In this document: in pieces, positions 1-10,988 of the stretch | How the letters are laid out: each line of letters opens with the position of its first letter | How positions within the stretch are numbered: position 1 is the stretch's first letter | Source of the DNA: Chrysochromulina tobinii | Lineage: Eukaryota | Length of the DNA: 34,111 nt | Assembly: GCA_001275005.1 (NCBI GenBank) | Contig: JWZX01003124.1 | Coordinates: 1 to 34,111 of the forward strand | Reading direction: 5' to 3' | Notes under the pieces: model-generated | What the model saw: the letters and a program-made list of their open reading frames with translations, nothing else | Databases searched by the model: none | Told to the model about the DNA's origin: nothing | Program-made: the position numbers and the translations under genes

Positions 1-635
1 GCGTCGCCGGCTTCGCGATTCGCTCTCGCCGTGATCGGCATCGACCACGGGCGTCGCCTCAAAGCCCAAACGGGCCGACCCGAGCGCGAATGAAGCCGCC
101 AGGGAGCCCGGCAGCGACGCGCACAAAGGCCATGATTCGTCTGGGCCCAGACGAGGCTTGCGGAATGAGGGCGTGACGTGGGCCTTTAAACTTTCCCAAA
201 GTCGCCGCTCCGCGTGGGATGACAAGGTGCGACGACCGTTTGGTTTTTTTTGAGATACGAAGGTAATCCGAAAATAAGTAATGGGGGAAGGTTCGCTCGG
301 GAAACCGAGCGAACCGGCCACTCAGCGCAGCGCTGACTGGTTGGCTAGCCAAATTGATTTAAAGCGCCCGCCGCCGTCGGGTTACCGCGTTTTTACTAGT
401 AAGTGAAACGAGAAGCACGAACATAGAGGTTCACTAATAGAGGGGTCAGCTCAAAAAATCGACTTTTTGAAACGTCACGATCTGACAGCATGCGACATAC
501 CCACGTGAGACGTGTAGAGCACACTCAGGGGATCACAATGCACCATGGTACACTGTCAGGGTCATCCTCTTTGAGGAATTACATGCATGTAACGTGCTAA
601 ATTTATTAGGGCTCAGGCACACGCACGTGCCTGAC

Positions 636-920
636 CGAGGCGGAGATGGCAGAGGCGGCAGCGATGGCGGCGGTGATGGCTGCGGCAGCGGTGCTATCGG
701 CGGCGGAGGCGATGCTATCGATGGTGGCGATGGCGGCTGCAGTGGTGGTAGGAGCGTGCGGCGGCGAGGTAGCGGCGAGGAGCCACAGCGGCGGCGAAGG
801 CGGTGGTGGTGAGGGCTGTGGCGGCAAAGGCGGCGGCGGCAAGGGCGGCGGCGGTAAGGGCGACAACGGCAGGGGCAGCGGCTGTACGAACAGCGAAGGT
901 GGTGGCGGCGGCGGCGGGGA
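636..920. repeat. Degenerate (GGC/GCG)n low-complexity tract
   Basis: Gly/Ala-rich on + and Pro-rich on -; no recognisable domain; AT-richer flanks. Confidence 0.7.
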
Positions 921-1460
921 TATCATATTATCATTGTCCCTCGCCGACACATGATATCTCAATAGTAGGATCTCGGACAAAATTAAAAACCCGAGCACGT
1001 GCCCACCACGCCCTTGCCACCACGGCGCAAATAAACCCGAGCACGTGTCCCGAGCGCCATGTTGGGCTAACATATGTTCCAAAAAACACACCACTAATTG
1101 CGTCGGCCGGACTGCGTCGGCTATTTTCTCCCCTTTTTATTTTTCACGAAAAAAGAAGCGAAAAAAAGCCGAGGCCGCCGCCACAGCCCACGGGTCGCAG
1201 AAGTACCAGTCGATCGGCCCGTCACGCAGCTTGAACATGTCCTTCATCGCCGCGCGCTTGCAGCACCAATGGCACCATGAGCGTGTGAGGCGGCGGTACA
1301 GACGTGCTTGCATTTGCAGGATTGTGACTTTCTGACCACTTAATCAACGATGTCGCTCAGAGTGGTTAAGTACAAAAAGAGACTTATCTCGTATTGAAAA
1401 TTCCCTTTTCTCGTATTGAAAATTCCCCCAATACCCATGTTGCCCCCTTTTTTGCTAGTA

Positions 1461-1626
1461 CGGTGACGCGTAACTTGTCGATGTGCCACCGGAGTACTGA
1501 TTTTCTGGGTCCAACTCTTCGATTGATACTCCAAGCTCTAATGCGATGACCATACGAGCCTTCATTGTCGAGAGGTCGAGTAGACGCAGTGTCCGCGTCG
1601 GTGTGAAGATTCTGTGAATGTCACCG
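1461..1626. mobile_element. Possible short MITE-like insertion
   Basis: CGGTGAC (1461-1467) and GTCACCG (1620-1626) inverted ends, with TAGTA directly outside each end (1456-1460, 1627-1631). Only one copy seen. Confidence 0.3.
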
Positions 1627-2161
1627 TAGTATAAGTATTGCTTCCGGACGCAAGGCACCGGTGATGGCACCCGTGTCCGCGCGCGCGCGCCGCGCTCCAT
1701 TCCGCCCCAGCGCCGCTTACACGTCCATTCATGCGTTTGGTCATGGCCTCCTTGGTCTGGGGCAGACGTGTTGCCCATGTCCTGGTACAGGGTGCCCTCC
1801 AGGATGCCCTTCCGGATGGCCTCTCGGCCCATGTCGCGTTATTTTGATAGATATATGGACATGCGCCCGTACCGAACGATCAGTACCAAACGATCCGTAC
1901 ACGAGCGGGGACGACATATCTGCGACTGCTACATGGCTTGGGAAACGATATTCTACTCACGGCGGACGAGTCGTAGCCGCACGAGAAGGGGTGCTGTATC
2001 GTCCTCGAGGGAGGACGGGTACGTGCCACGCCCGTCCGTGGCGACGTCAAGATACAATCTTGATGGATATCGACCCGCAGCATCGGCCCTCTCGTGTAGG
2101 CTCCACAGTATGGACGGGGGCAATCAATCTGAGATCTGAGGTCTGCGATCTGCGCGGCGCC

Positions 2162-4221
2162 TCAGGCGGCCGAGACGCGCGTCGTGCGACGCTCAGGCAT
2201 CGCTTGGTACATGGCGATCGCCTGTGCCGCCTCTGCCTCCTCGAGGTCCTCCTCATCTCCATCGTCGTGGACCGCGCGGAAGAGGGCCGGCTCGCCGTCA
2301 GTTTCGTCGGCCGGGAGCCATTTGGAGATGCGTGCGAGCACGGTGCGCTTGCCGAAGCGACGCGCGATCTTGGCGCCTACGAACTTGTGCCCATCTGGAC
2401 GCCACTCGGCTCGCTCCATAGCGAGCCTGCCAAAACAGGCAAGCCCCTCCTCCACCTCGGCTTCCACCAAGTCCTCCTCGTCCGCGTCGTCGTGCACGGC
2501 CCGGAACAGAGCCGGCTCCGTCTCGGGGTTCTCCCCGGCCGGCAGCCACTTGATGATCGTCGCGAGCGCGAACTGCACTCCCCCGCGCGCACCGTCAAAC
2601 GGGCGCGCCACTCGGCTGCCCACGAACCGATGGCCTTCGAGACGCCACACCTCGGGTGCGCCGGCCGAGGGGCCGACGCCTTCGGCGGCCGCGGCCTCGC
2701 TGAAGGCCGTGAGCGCCGTCTCGAGCTCGTTCTGCTCGAGCTCCTCCCTGTCGCCGTCGTCGTGTCGCACCAAAAAGAGCGAAGGATCGCCTTCGGAAAG
2801 GTCAGGCGGCAGCCACTTGACCACGGTACCGTACACGCGCGCTCCCTCGAAGAGACGACACACGCGCTGCTGCAGCGCGCGGTGGCCGACCTGCGGCCAG
2901 AGAGGCGATCAGAGAGGACCATGAGGCAATCCGAAGGCAATCCGAAGGCAATCCGAAGGCGCTTCGATGACAAGCAGCGCACCTTGAGCCAGCGCGTCTC
3001 CCTCGGTGCCAGGGTTTCATAGTCCCCACGCGCGTCCGCAACCTCCGCCTCCTCGAGGTCCTCCTCATCTCCATCGTCATGAATGGCGCGGAAGAGGGCC
3101 GGCGCGCCGCTTGCCTTGCATCCAGGCAGCCAGCGCACGATCGTGCCGAGCACCAGCCGTCGACCGAAGAGTCGAGCGACCCTTCTGCCAATATACACGT
3201 GGCCCGTGGCAAGCATCCGATCAGCCGCGAGCGGCGCGGGCTTCGCCTTCTTCGGCGCCGGCTTCGCCTCGTCCGCCCCCTCGCCCCGCCGATACGGCTT
3301 GAGAAGGCCATACTCACGATTGAGGTCCGTCTCGTCCGGCTCGCAATAGTTGATGCCGATCGACGAGGCGCGGCGCGAGCCGGGTTTGACGATCTCATGA
3401 GAGCATGGGCCGAGGTGGTGGTTCGGGAACATGCACCCGGGCGAGTCGCACATGCCCGGCACGTGCCAAAACACCTCGACGCCCTCGGCCACAGCAGCGG
3501 CTGCCAGGCGGCCTCCGCGGGAGCTACCTTGAGAGCTACCGCGCAGCCGAGCGCGTTGTTCGACGGCCTTCTCGAGGGCGGCGCGCCGCTGCAGGGCGCT
3601 CTCGAGGCTCGCATCATCCGCGGTGCGTAGCGAGCTCTTGCGCGCCTTGACCTGCTCGAGCACCGCCGCCGTCGCCGCATCCCGCTCGGCTCTTGCCTCC
3701 TGCCGTGCCCGCTTCTGCTGCTCGGCGCGCTCGGCGCGCAGCGCTCGCATCTCCGCGTCGCGCTCGCGTCGCGCCTGCGCGACGAGCTGCTGGCGCGCCT
3801 TGCGCTCGGCCTCGCGCTTCACGCGCTCTCGCGCCGCGCGCTCGCGCTCGCGCTGCTCGATGGCCTCGCGCTTCAAGCGCTGTTTCCGCTGCACCTCACG
3901 GCGCGCCTCCGCGGCCGCCTCCTCGGCCTTGCGCCGATCAGCCTCCTCCTTCGCCTGCTTGGCGGCCATGTCGGCGAGAATCCTGGAGCGCTCCGACTCC
4001 GGGCGCGCAGGCACGCTCATCGGCCTCGCCGCGCGCTTCGGCGGCTTCCTCCGGCCATTATTTTGCTGCTTGGTGCCCGACGAGCCCGCCTCTTTCATGC
4101 TCGCCACAGCGTCGAGCAAGCCGAGGCTCTCGAGCACGGCGCGGTTCTGGCTGATCGTCGCGAGCCGCTGCGCCTCGTATGCCGACATCGGCGGCGTGTT
4201 TGCTGCTCTGGTCGCTGGCAT
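2162..4221 (-). CDS. Putative chromatin-associated protein with four tandem PTM/DIR17-like Tudor repeats (~655 aa, 2 exons)
   Basis: Exons 4221-2983 and 2890-2162; GT-AG intron 2982-2891 joins WLK|VGHRALQQRVCRLF in frame and restores a repeat unit. Four copies of GHxxxxxxxxRxF...xxWLP...LFxxxHDDGDxExLE; N-terminal YExxRxxxIxxNxxxLxxLGL motif, coiled coil, CxxxxCxxxxHHxGxC motif. Start codon inferred. Confidence 0.85.
2891..2982 (-). repeat. Intron built from 10-nt tandem repeats (GCCTTCGGAT-type, ~3 copies)
   Basis: Plus strand gaggcaatcc/gaaggcaatcc repeats at 2923-2960. Confidence 0.85.
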
Positions 4222-4367
4222 TGGTATGGCGGGTGCGGTTCTCTCCCGCCGCAAAACATGCGACGCGAAAGCCGCTCGAATTGACAGCGCGAATCGACAA
4301 CGGGTATAACTATGAACTTCACGGTGCGAAAAGGGATTTTCGGGATTTACCGGTACCGATCGCGGCC

Positions 4368-5068
4368 ATGTCCAAGCAGGTCGCCTCGGCGGCGAGTTCC
4401 GGGCCGGCGGCTCCCGCTCCGCAACCTCCCGCCGCCTACGGCGCGGCCGCGATGGAAGATCTGCTCGAGTCCATCCATTGGAGTGGTTGTGAGGTGTTGA
4501 ACGCAACCAAGACAGACGCCGTCGGGTCTCTACTCAAGCAAGGCCTTCGTGACCAGGAGTTGATGATCGTCGAGTCGGATGCCGACGAGCAGCTGCTAAT
4601 ATCAATTGCATTCAAGGCCAAGGTGAAGGTGCACTCCATTGCCATCAAGGCCCCGGCCGACGGCCGCGCGCCCAAGAGCTTGAAGCTCTTTGTGAACAAG
4701 CCGTCAATGGACTGCAGCGACGGCGAGTCCATGGTGCGTGCTCATGCTCAAGAGTTCCCATCACCCCGTTGGGAAGTTGCTGACGTGCTTGCCCCGACTC
4801 GCGCTTGCACAACTGCGGCGAACGCTTCTGTCAACTACAGGTGGCGGATCAGGAGATTGAGCTGAGTGCGGAGCAGCTTGGCGAGCGTTTAGAGCTCAAA
4901 TTCGTCAAGTTCCAGAACGTCGACCGGCTGACCCTCTTCATCCACGCCAACCAGGGCGCCGAGGACTCGACGGCGCTCTCGGGCATCAAGCTGTGGGGTG
5001 CGGGCCTAGCGCAGACGAACATGGCAGATTTCAAACGGGTCGCGGGAAGTGCGGGCGAGGGTGAGTGA
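4368..5068 (+). CDS. PITH domain protein (197 aa, 2 exons)
   Basis: Exons 4368-4733 and 4841-5068; intron GTGCGT...CTACAG, phase 0. Motifs ESDADEQLLISIAF, APKSLKLFVN and LKFVKFQNVDRLTLFIHANQG are typical of PITH domains. Confidence 0.93.
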
Positions 5069-5544
5069 ACTTGAACAGGGCACTCCGATCGGAGATGAAC
5101 TTCTGCAAGATGGGTTCTTCGATGAACTTCTGCACTTGGCGGCCCCTCCTTATACAGTGGCACGGGCCACGGCTGGCCGTGTGATGTGCGTGGGCGCAGC
5201 GGGTCGGGTCGGCGCTCGCGCACGGCCGCTGGCGTAACACGTCGCGCGCGAGTACAAGCTCGCTCGTGTGTATGAGGACGCTCGGGGTGTCGAACTGGTC
5301 TATGATCGTCAAAACATGTTTTCTTATCCCGCGCCGCATCACGCCATAGGCATGACCACTTTCTCGACGTGACGTGGACGCACCGGCATCCGGGTCACTG
5401 GTCGCATCCTTCGCATGGGCACATGCCGTACCGGGTACACATGCGCGTAAGAAGCGCGATGGGTCGGCGACGGCGTCACGCCCGGGCGTCCCGCTCCTGC
5501 CGCTCTCTTCCATTTGACAATTCGAACCGCCGCGCACCATCCTC

Positions 5545-6171
5545 TCAGTCCCCGTCTTTGCGTCCACGGGGAGTCTGCTGGCTGCGCGGCCGCCCCCCCC
5601 CGATACCCGCTGGCCTCTGTGGCGGGGCGCCCGCTGCGGCGCCTCTCTCCGGCGTGGCGCGCAAAGGGCGCCGCGGGGGTGCGGAGGCGGTCGGTAGAGC
5701 TCGAGGGCTGCCGATCGAGGTGAGGCGCCCACGACGGCGCTCTGACGCGGTGCCGCCCGGCGGCACGGGGATCCTGGCGCCCGCGACGGCGCCATTCGCG
5801 TCGTCCTGAGCACCGGCGGCCGAGGGCGCAGCGACGGGCGGCGCCTCGCCTGGCAGAGCGCCCGTCTCCTCCTTGGAGGTCCGATTGCTGCGCGTGCGGC
5901 GCTCGGGCGAGAGAGAGGCTCGCCTATTGGCCTCGGCCACCCCGAGCTCGGCGCGCAGCACGCTGTACTCGCGTAGCTTGAAGGCCATGCGAGCCTCTAG
6001 CGAGCCGCTCGAGGCGTCCGTGTCGATCGGCACGAGAAGGGCCCTTTTCTGCGCATCCGTCAGCTTGGGATCCGAGTATTGCCAACTGGCAGAGGCCGGT
6101 GCGCGCACGGCGGCGCTGCTGCTGCTGCCAATGGACTGGCCGTTGTCCGGCTCCGGCTCTTCGGTGTACTC

Positions 6172-6204
<33 letters not shown>

Positions 6205-9200
6205 CTCCGCCTCGAGCCACCTGGCCTCCTGTGCCGCTGTGGCCGCAGTCTCGGCGCGCAGGGTCGCCTGAAAGGCCTTGAGCTCGTGGGCGCTGTATTT
6301 GGCGTCTGGTGAGATCTCGGGCAGCTGGGTGGGCGAGATCGCCCCTCCATTCCGTTGCAGCTCGTGCAATCTCAGGTGCGGGATGCGGTTGTTGCGGGCG
6401 CGTGCACTGGGCTCCTCCAGGCTAGGGGCGCGCTCCGGACGCAGCTGGGCCATCTGGTCAGCATCCCAGCCCATCGACAGAATGAGCGCGCACAGCGCAC
6501 TCTCGTTGACGGAGGCATACATGACGGCCTCGACCATCTTGAGGTCACTCATCGAGAGCTTCACCTGCATGCAATCAGGGAGGGCCATCAGCATGCAATC
6601 AGCATGCACTCAGGTTCGACCATCTTGAGGGCACTCATCGAGAGCTTCGCCTTCTTGAGCTGGCCAGATGAGAGAGGCAATCAGAGATCATCAGAGGCAT
6701 CGTCATCGAGAGCTTCACCTTCTTGAGCTGGCCAGATGGCCCAGCGGCGGCATCTACCCCCTTGGCGCCGCCGCTGGTGGCCTGCGCTTTGCTCGGACTG
6801 ATGGTCGAGCTCAGACGACGTCTAGTCGGCCCAGAGGCCGATTGCGCGTCTCCGTCGACGACGCCTGTGCCCTCTTCGTCGCCGTCGCTCAGTTTGATAC
6901 CGAGCAGCTCCGCGAGCGCCGGTGTGATGAACGTCATGGCACTGCCGTCCGATGGCACGCTCAGGCTCGCCTTGCCGTCGCTAGCCCCCGACGACTTTTG
7001 GCGTCGGAGCTGGGGCCTCGAAGATCGCGAAGATTCGACTGGGAGCGTCTGCTCGAGTGCCAAGGACGCGGCCGTCGACGCAAAGGAAGCGACCGTTGAC
7101 TGCGAGCAATTCGATCGGGCGCGCTTCGGGGGATTCGGACGCAGCGGCCCCATCACTGAGCCGCCATCGGAGCGAGTGTCGCGACAGTCTGCGCCACCGC
7201 CGCCGCCGCCGCCATCGCTGCTGCTACCTGTAGCTTGGTCGAGCGAATGGCCCTCCCGCTTCAAGTCACCGAGCTCGATGCCCGCAAAGCGCGCCGTCTT
7301 CTCGGGAGCGGTCTCGCGCGCGCGCAGCTTCTCCATCGCTCGGCGCACCTCGAGCAGCTGCCGAGTGCGCTGAAGCACCGCACCGCGCACCTTGTCGGGC
7401 AACTGGTTGCACACGACGGGATTCGAGAGCACTTCGGCCGAGGCCTCGAGGGAGGCGACAGCCCCGAGGGCGACCCCCTCAACGCGCTCGACCCCCCGGC
7501 GCGCCTCGCGGCAGCGCGCCTCTGCCGCCGAGATGCGCGCTGCGACCGCGTCGAGGGTTTCGTCAAACTCGGCGCGTGCCGCATCGCCCGTCTCGCGGAC
7601 GCTCGCCAAATCGAGCTGCAGCCGTATGATCTTCTCCTTGGACCGTTCCATGAGGGCCACGCGGTCCCTCTCAACCCCCTCAAACGTCTCTCGTGCTTCG
7701 AGCTGGTCCATAATGTACTGCAGCGCGTGCGCCATGCGCGCGCTGAAGGGCGCCGCATGAGCTGCGGGCGCGTCGCACGCGAGCGCAATCTTCTCAAACG
7801 CGGTGCGAAGACTAATCGAGCCGCGCTCGTGCTCGAGCTTCTCTGCTCGGGCGATGGTCACTGCCGCTCCCGAATCGCGCAGCGCTGAGTCCACGCGCAC
7901 GCTCGCGTCATAGTAGTTTTGTTCCGCCCGCCTTGGCCGCCCTCGCTACCTCGCCCGTCACGTTGAACTCGAGCGCTTCGTTATCCAAGGCCACTACCTG
8001 TCCGAGATCATCGCGCTGCCGCTCGGTCGTCGCCTCGCCGACCATGATGTTCCCATTTCCAGCGCCGACCAGTTCCATCGCCCTCTTACGGCGCGCTGAG
8101 CCGGCTTCGTGCAATTGGGCCGCGCGCTCCTTGCGCAGCCGCGCGTGCTCCTCGGACTGAGCTCTCAAGCGCACGTGCTCCGCCATCCGCCGCGCCTTCC
8201 ATTGCTCCGCGGACGCGAGCGCGAGCTCACTGTCCACGATCGTCTTTTCGAGCCGTTCGTTGACCTCGAGTATGCTTGAGCGGAGGTACGTGAGCTTTCG
8301 AGGGTAGTGCGGCCGATACTGCCGCAGACGCTCCTCCATGAAGATGAGTGTCGCACAGTCCGACTCCACACTCATGAGCTCTTCCAAGGCCACCTCGCAC
8401 CGCGCCTCGGCCTCTCCTCGTTCGTCGACGGTGGCCGACAGGTCGACGCCTGATGAGAGAGGCACTCAGAGGTCATCAGAGGTCATCCGAGGCCATCAGA
8501 GATCATCCGAGGTCATCCGAGGTCATCAGTGGCACTTGTCATCTCACCCATGCCAAAGAGACGTTCCTTGAGGGCCTCGAACTCGCGCTCCAAAAGCCTC
8601 TTCTCCGCCTGGCGCTCGTCGGCGAGCTCACGCAGCGCGTCGAGGCGCCGTTTGGTCGCAAGGAGCTTCTTCTCTTCGGTGGCGGCTAGCTCGTCCAAGG
8701 CTGCGCGCACCTGCTCGTCGCCGGTCTGGTTGGCTTCGCGCCAGGAGGCCATCACGACCGAATACGGCTTCGGCGGCGCCAGCGACAGCGGTTGGCGCGC
8801 CGCCGATGCCGACGCCGATGACGGCGCACCGAAGGGCGTGCCATTCACTGTGGTCGCGCCGGCGCCGCGGGCGCCGCCCTCAGCCTCAGCCCGCGAGTAC
8901 TGCAGCGTCGCACTCGATGTCAAATCTGACGCCGAGCACAGGCTCATCGTGAGCGTGTCGGTGAGCTCCTTCGCATCTGTGGGATCGCGCTGGCCCCGAC
9001 GAAGCTTTGCCGGCGTCGGCAGCGCGCTGCTGGCCGTGCTGCCGGCCAAGTTCCGATAGATAGAGGACTCGCAAAGCGATGGACGTGCGGTGAGCGCCGA
9101 GAGCGGACGCGATATCGCGATGGGCTTCTGCAAGCGCGAAGTCGCCGGCCGCGAGGCCAGGCTATTGGCGGTGAGCCGGGTGCGCGGAGACGTCATGTGC

Positions 9201-9403
9201 ACGTCGTCGGCCGCGAGCACGGTGGGTGGCCTGAGCCGCTCCGCGCCTGCGCGCACGAGTGAGGCGTAACGTGTCATGTGTAGCGCATGGGCAGCTCGGT
9301 CTTGGGTTGCATCCGGACCAGCCAGCCCAGCCGCTTCCTGTTTTTCTCGGGCAAGAAGTCGCAGGGCGTTGATGAGCGCCATGTCGTTCTGGTCGGTCAA
9401 CAT
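5545..9403 (-). CDS. Large coiled-coil/low-complexity protein of unknown function (~1200 aa, 3 exons, one apparent frameshift)
   Basis: Exons 9403-8548, 8449-6719, 6564-5545; both introns are GT-AG and phase compatible. One base must be removed near 7927-7929 to read AAKAAEQNYYDASVRVD. Start codon inferred. Confidence 0.7.
6565..6718 (-). repeat. Intron containing duplicated flanking exon sequence and decamer modules
   Basis: 6703-6718 = 6549-6564; 6651-6670 = 6719-6738; 6616-6650 matches 6530-6564 at 33/35. Confidence 0.9.
8450..8547 (-). repeat. Intron built from ~7 decamer repeats (CTCKGATGAC-type), ending CCTCTCTCATCAG
   Basis: Plus strand gaggtcatca/gaggtcatcc array at 8459-8530. Confidence 0.9.
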
Positions 9404-9845
9404 CTTTACGTTCCTGGCTTCCACCCATTCACATGAATAAAAAAGGCGTCAGGGACAGCGGGCGGCATTCAAAATGCTTGCGCGCCCGCTCAAAATGCTT
9501 GCGCAAAACTCTGAATCTAGACGGAAAGAAAAACGCGCCTACACCCTTGACCCTCGAGCCGTCAACCTCTCAACCAAATGTGGTGTGTAGAGGATTCACA
9601 CACGTGCCGAAGGCGCCAAGCTGCCGAGCAACCAGCTGCCCCCGGTCCACCTGCCCCGTTCCCTGCATCACACGACATGATCTTGCGCACATATGCACAG
9701 TGCCCCGTTGCATGCAAGTGCCCCGTTGCATGCATGAGCCAATTGTTGGAACCTACCCCCTGTCCCTTCGTGCAGTCGACAGCTCAAGCCCGCACGCCGG
9801 CGTGACCTCAACATATCTTAGCGAGTCCGGCCTCGTCGGCTGCCC

Positions 9846-10680
9846 TTACAGCACCTCCACAACGACTTCCGACTTGGCGAGTGGTGGCGCGGGCGTGAGC
9901 TTCTCGAGGATGCGTGTATGATTGAGGGAGGCGAGTGCGCCGCCGAGAAGCTGCGCAATCAGGTAGAGCCACGCGTTGTGCAGATCGCAGCCGAAGACGA
10001 GGGCAGGGCCGATGAAGCGCGCCGGGTTGAAGAAACCGCCCGTAATGTGGCCAGCGCCGCCAACGACTACAACGATCGCGAGACCTGCAGCGTGGCATCG
10101 AATCCCGGAGCGTCATAAGGGATGTGAGAAGGGATCGGGTGGTCCGGCGGCGTTTGGTCACTTGCCACGTACCGATGGCAAACGGGGCGTGGTCGCCGAA
10201 GCCAGGCTTGGCGACTGCCACGGCGTGGACGGTGGCCACCAGCACGAACGTTCCGAGCATCTCGAGCACGAACACAGAGCCACGTACGCGGTCGGGCAGC
10301 GTCCGGTGGCAGCCGGGCGGAATAAGGTATGGCATCTTGTATTCTCCCCAGTTGTCGAGGCCTGCTGCGTCCAGGTTTTCATCAAGATCAATGAAAGCGG
10401 CGAGAAAGGCCGCGGCAATGGAGCCCGATATCTGCGCGACAGCGTAGAGCCCAGCCTTGAACGGCGGCAGAATACCAGTCAGGCAGAGCCCCGCCGACAC
10501 CGCCGGATTCAAGTTTCCGCCCGAATACTTTGCGGTCATGAAGATGCACACCGTGAGGACCACGCCGTTGACGGGACCAACCTGCTCGGTACCACCGAAG
10601 AATTGGAAGATGAAGGTCCCGAGGAATTCAGCCCAGAGGGCAATGACGAGCTCGCGGCTCAAATCGAAGGAGATTTGCAT
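9846..10680 (-). CDS. Aquaporin / MIP family channel (248 aa, 2 exons)
   Basis: Exons 10680-10173 and 10084-9846; intron 10172-10085 (GTACGT...CTGCAG). AEFLGTF, SGGNLNPAVS, EMLGTFVLV, and after splicing GGFFNPARFIGPA and WLYLIAQLLGG; both NPA boxes present. Confidence 0.95.
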
Positions 10681-10988
10681 GGAACTGGTTTCTCGACCTA
10701 GAATATTCTGCCGCCCAGCAGCCCACGGGCACAGCCGCTGCTTTTGAAAATTGAATTTCGGATTTTTTAGGAAAGAGTTTCATCCAATTCGTTAACTCGA
10801 GAAGTCGCTTGTTTTACACTTTACGACCGTGACGACGCCTGAAGATTCGAAGTGCACAGTGGCGATCTGTAGACATCGCCATTGCGTTTCGTTCGATTTG
10901 GCGCGCAGGGCAGGAGGAGGTCCCTACCGGTAACGAGGAAGCCACCCGCCGTTCTCGAACTGCACCCTCCCCGCGCGCGCGAGCTGCC

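Noticed and set aside
594..1094. Gly-rich (+) and Pro-rich (-) ORFs as genes
   Set aside because: Open frames arise trivially from a GGC-type tract; no domain or convincing gene structure.
1661..3022. 453-aa plus-strand ORF and many other long overlapping ORFs (e.g. 11325-12371, 20247-21212, 26352-27590)
   Set aside because: Antisense or off-frame shadows of high-GC coding sequence with no recognisable motifs.
4222..4506. N-terminal extension of the 709-aa ORF in the ORF track
   Set aside because: Overlaps the divergent PITH gene and the shared promoter; ATG 4221 is more plausible.
8450..8547. Decamer and 51/53-nt arrays as CRISPR-like repeats
   Set aside because: Units are contiguous with no unique spacers, sit inside spliceosomal introns, and no cas genes are present.
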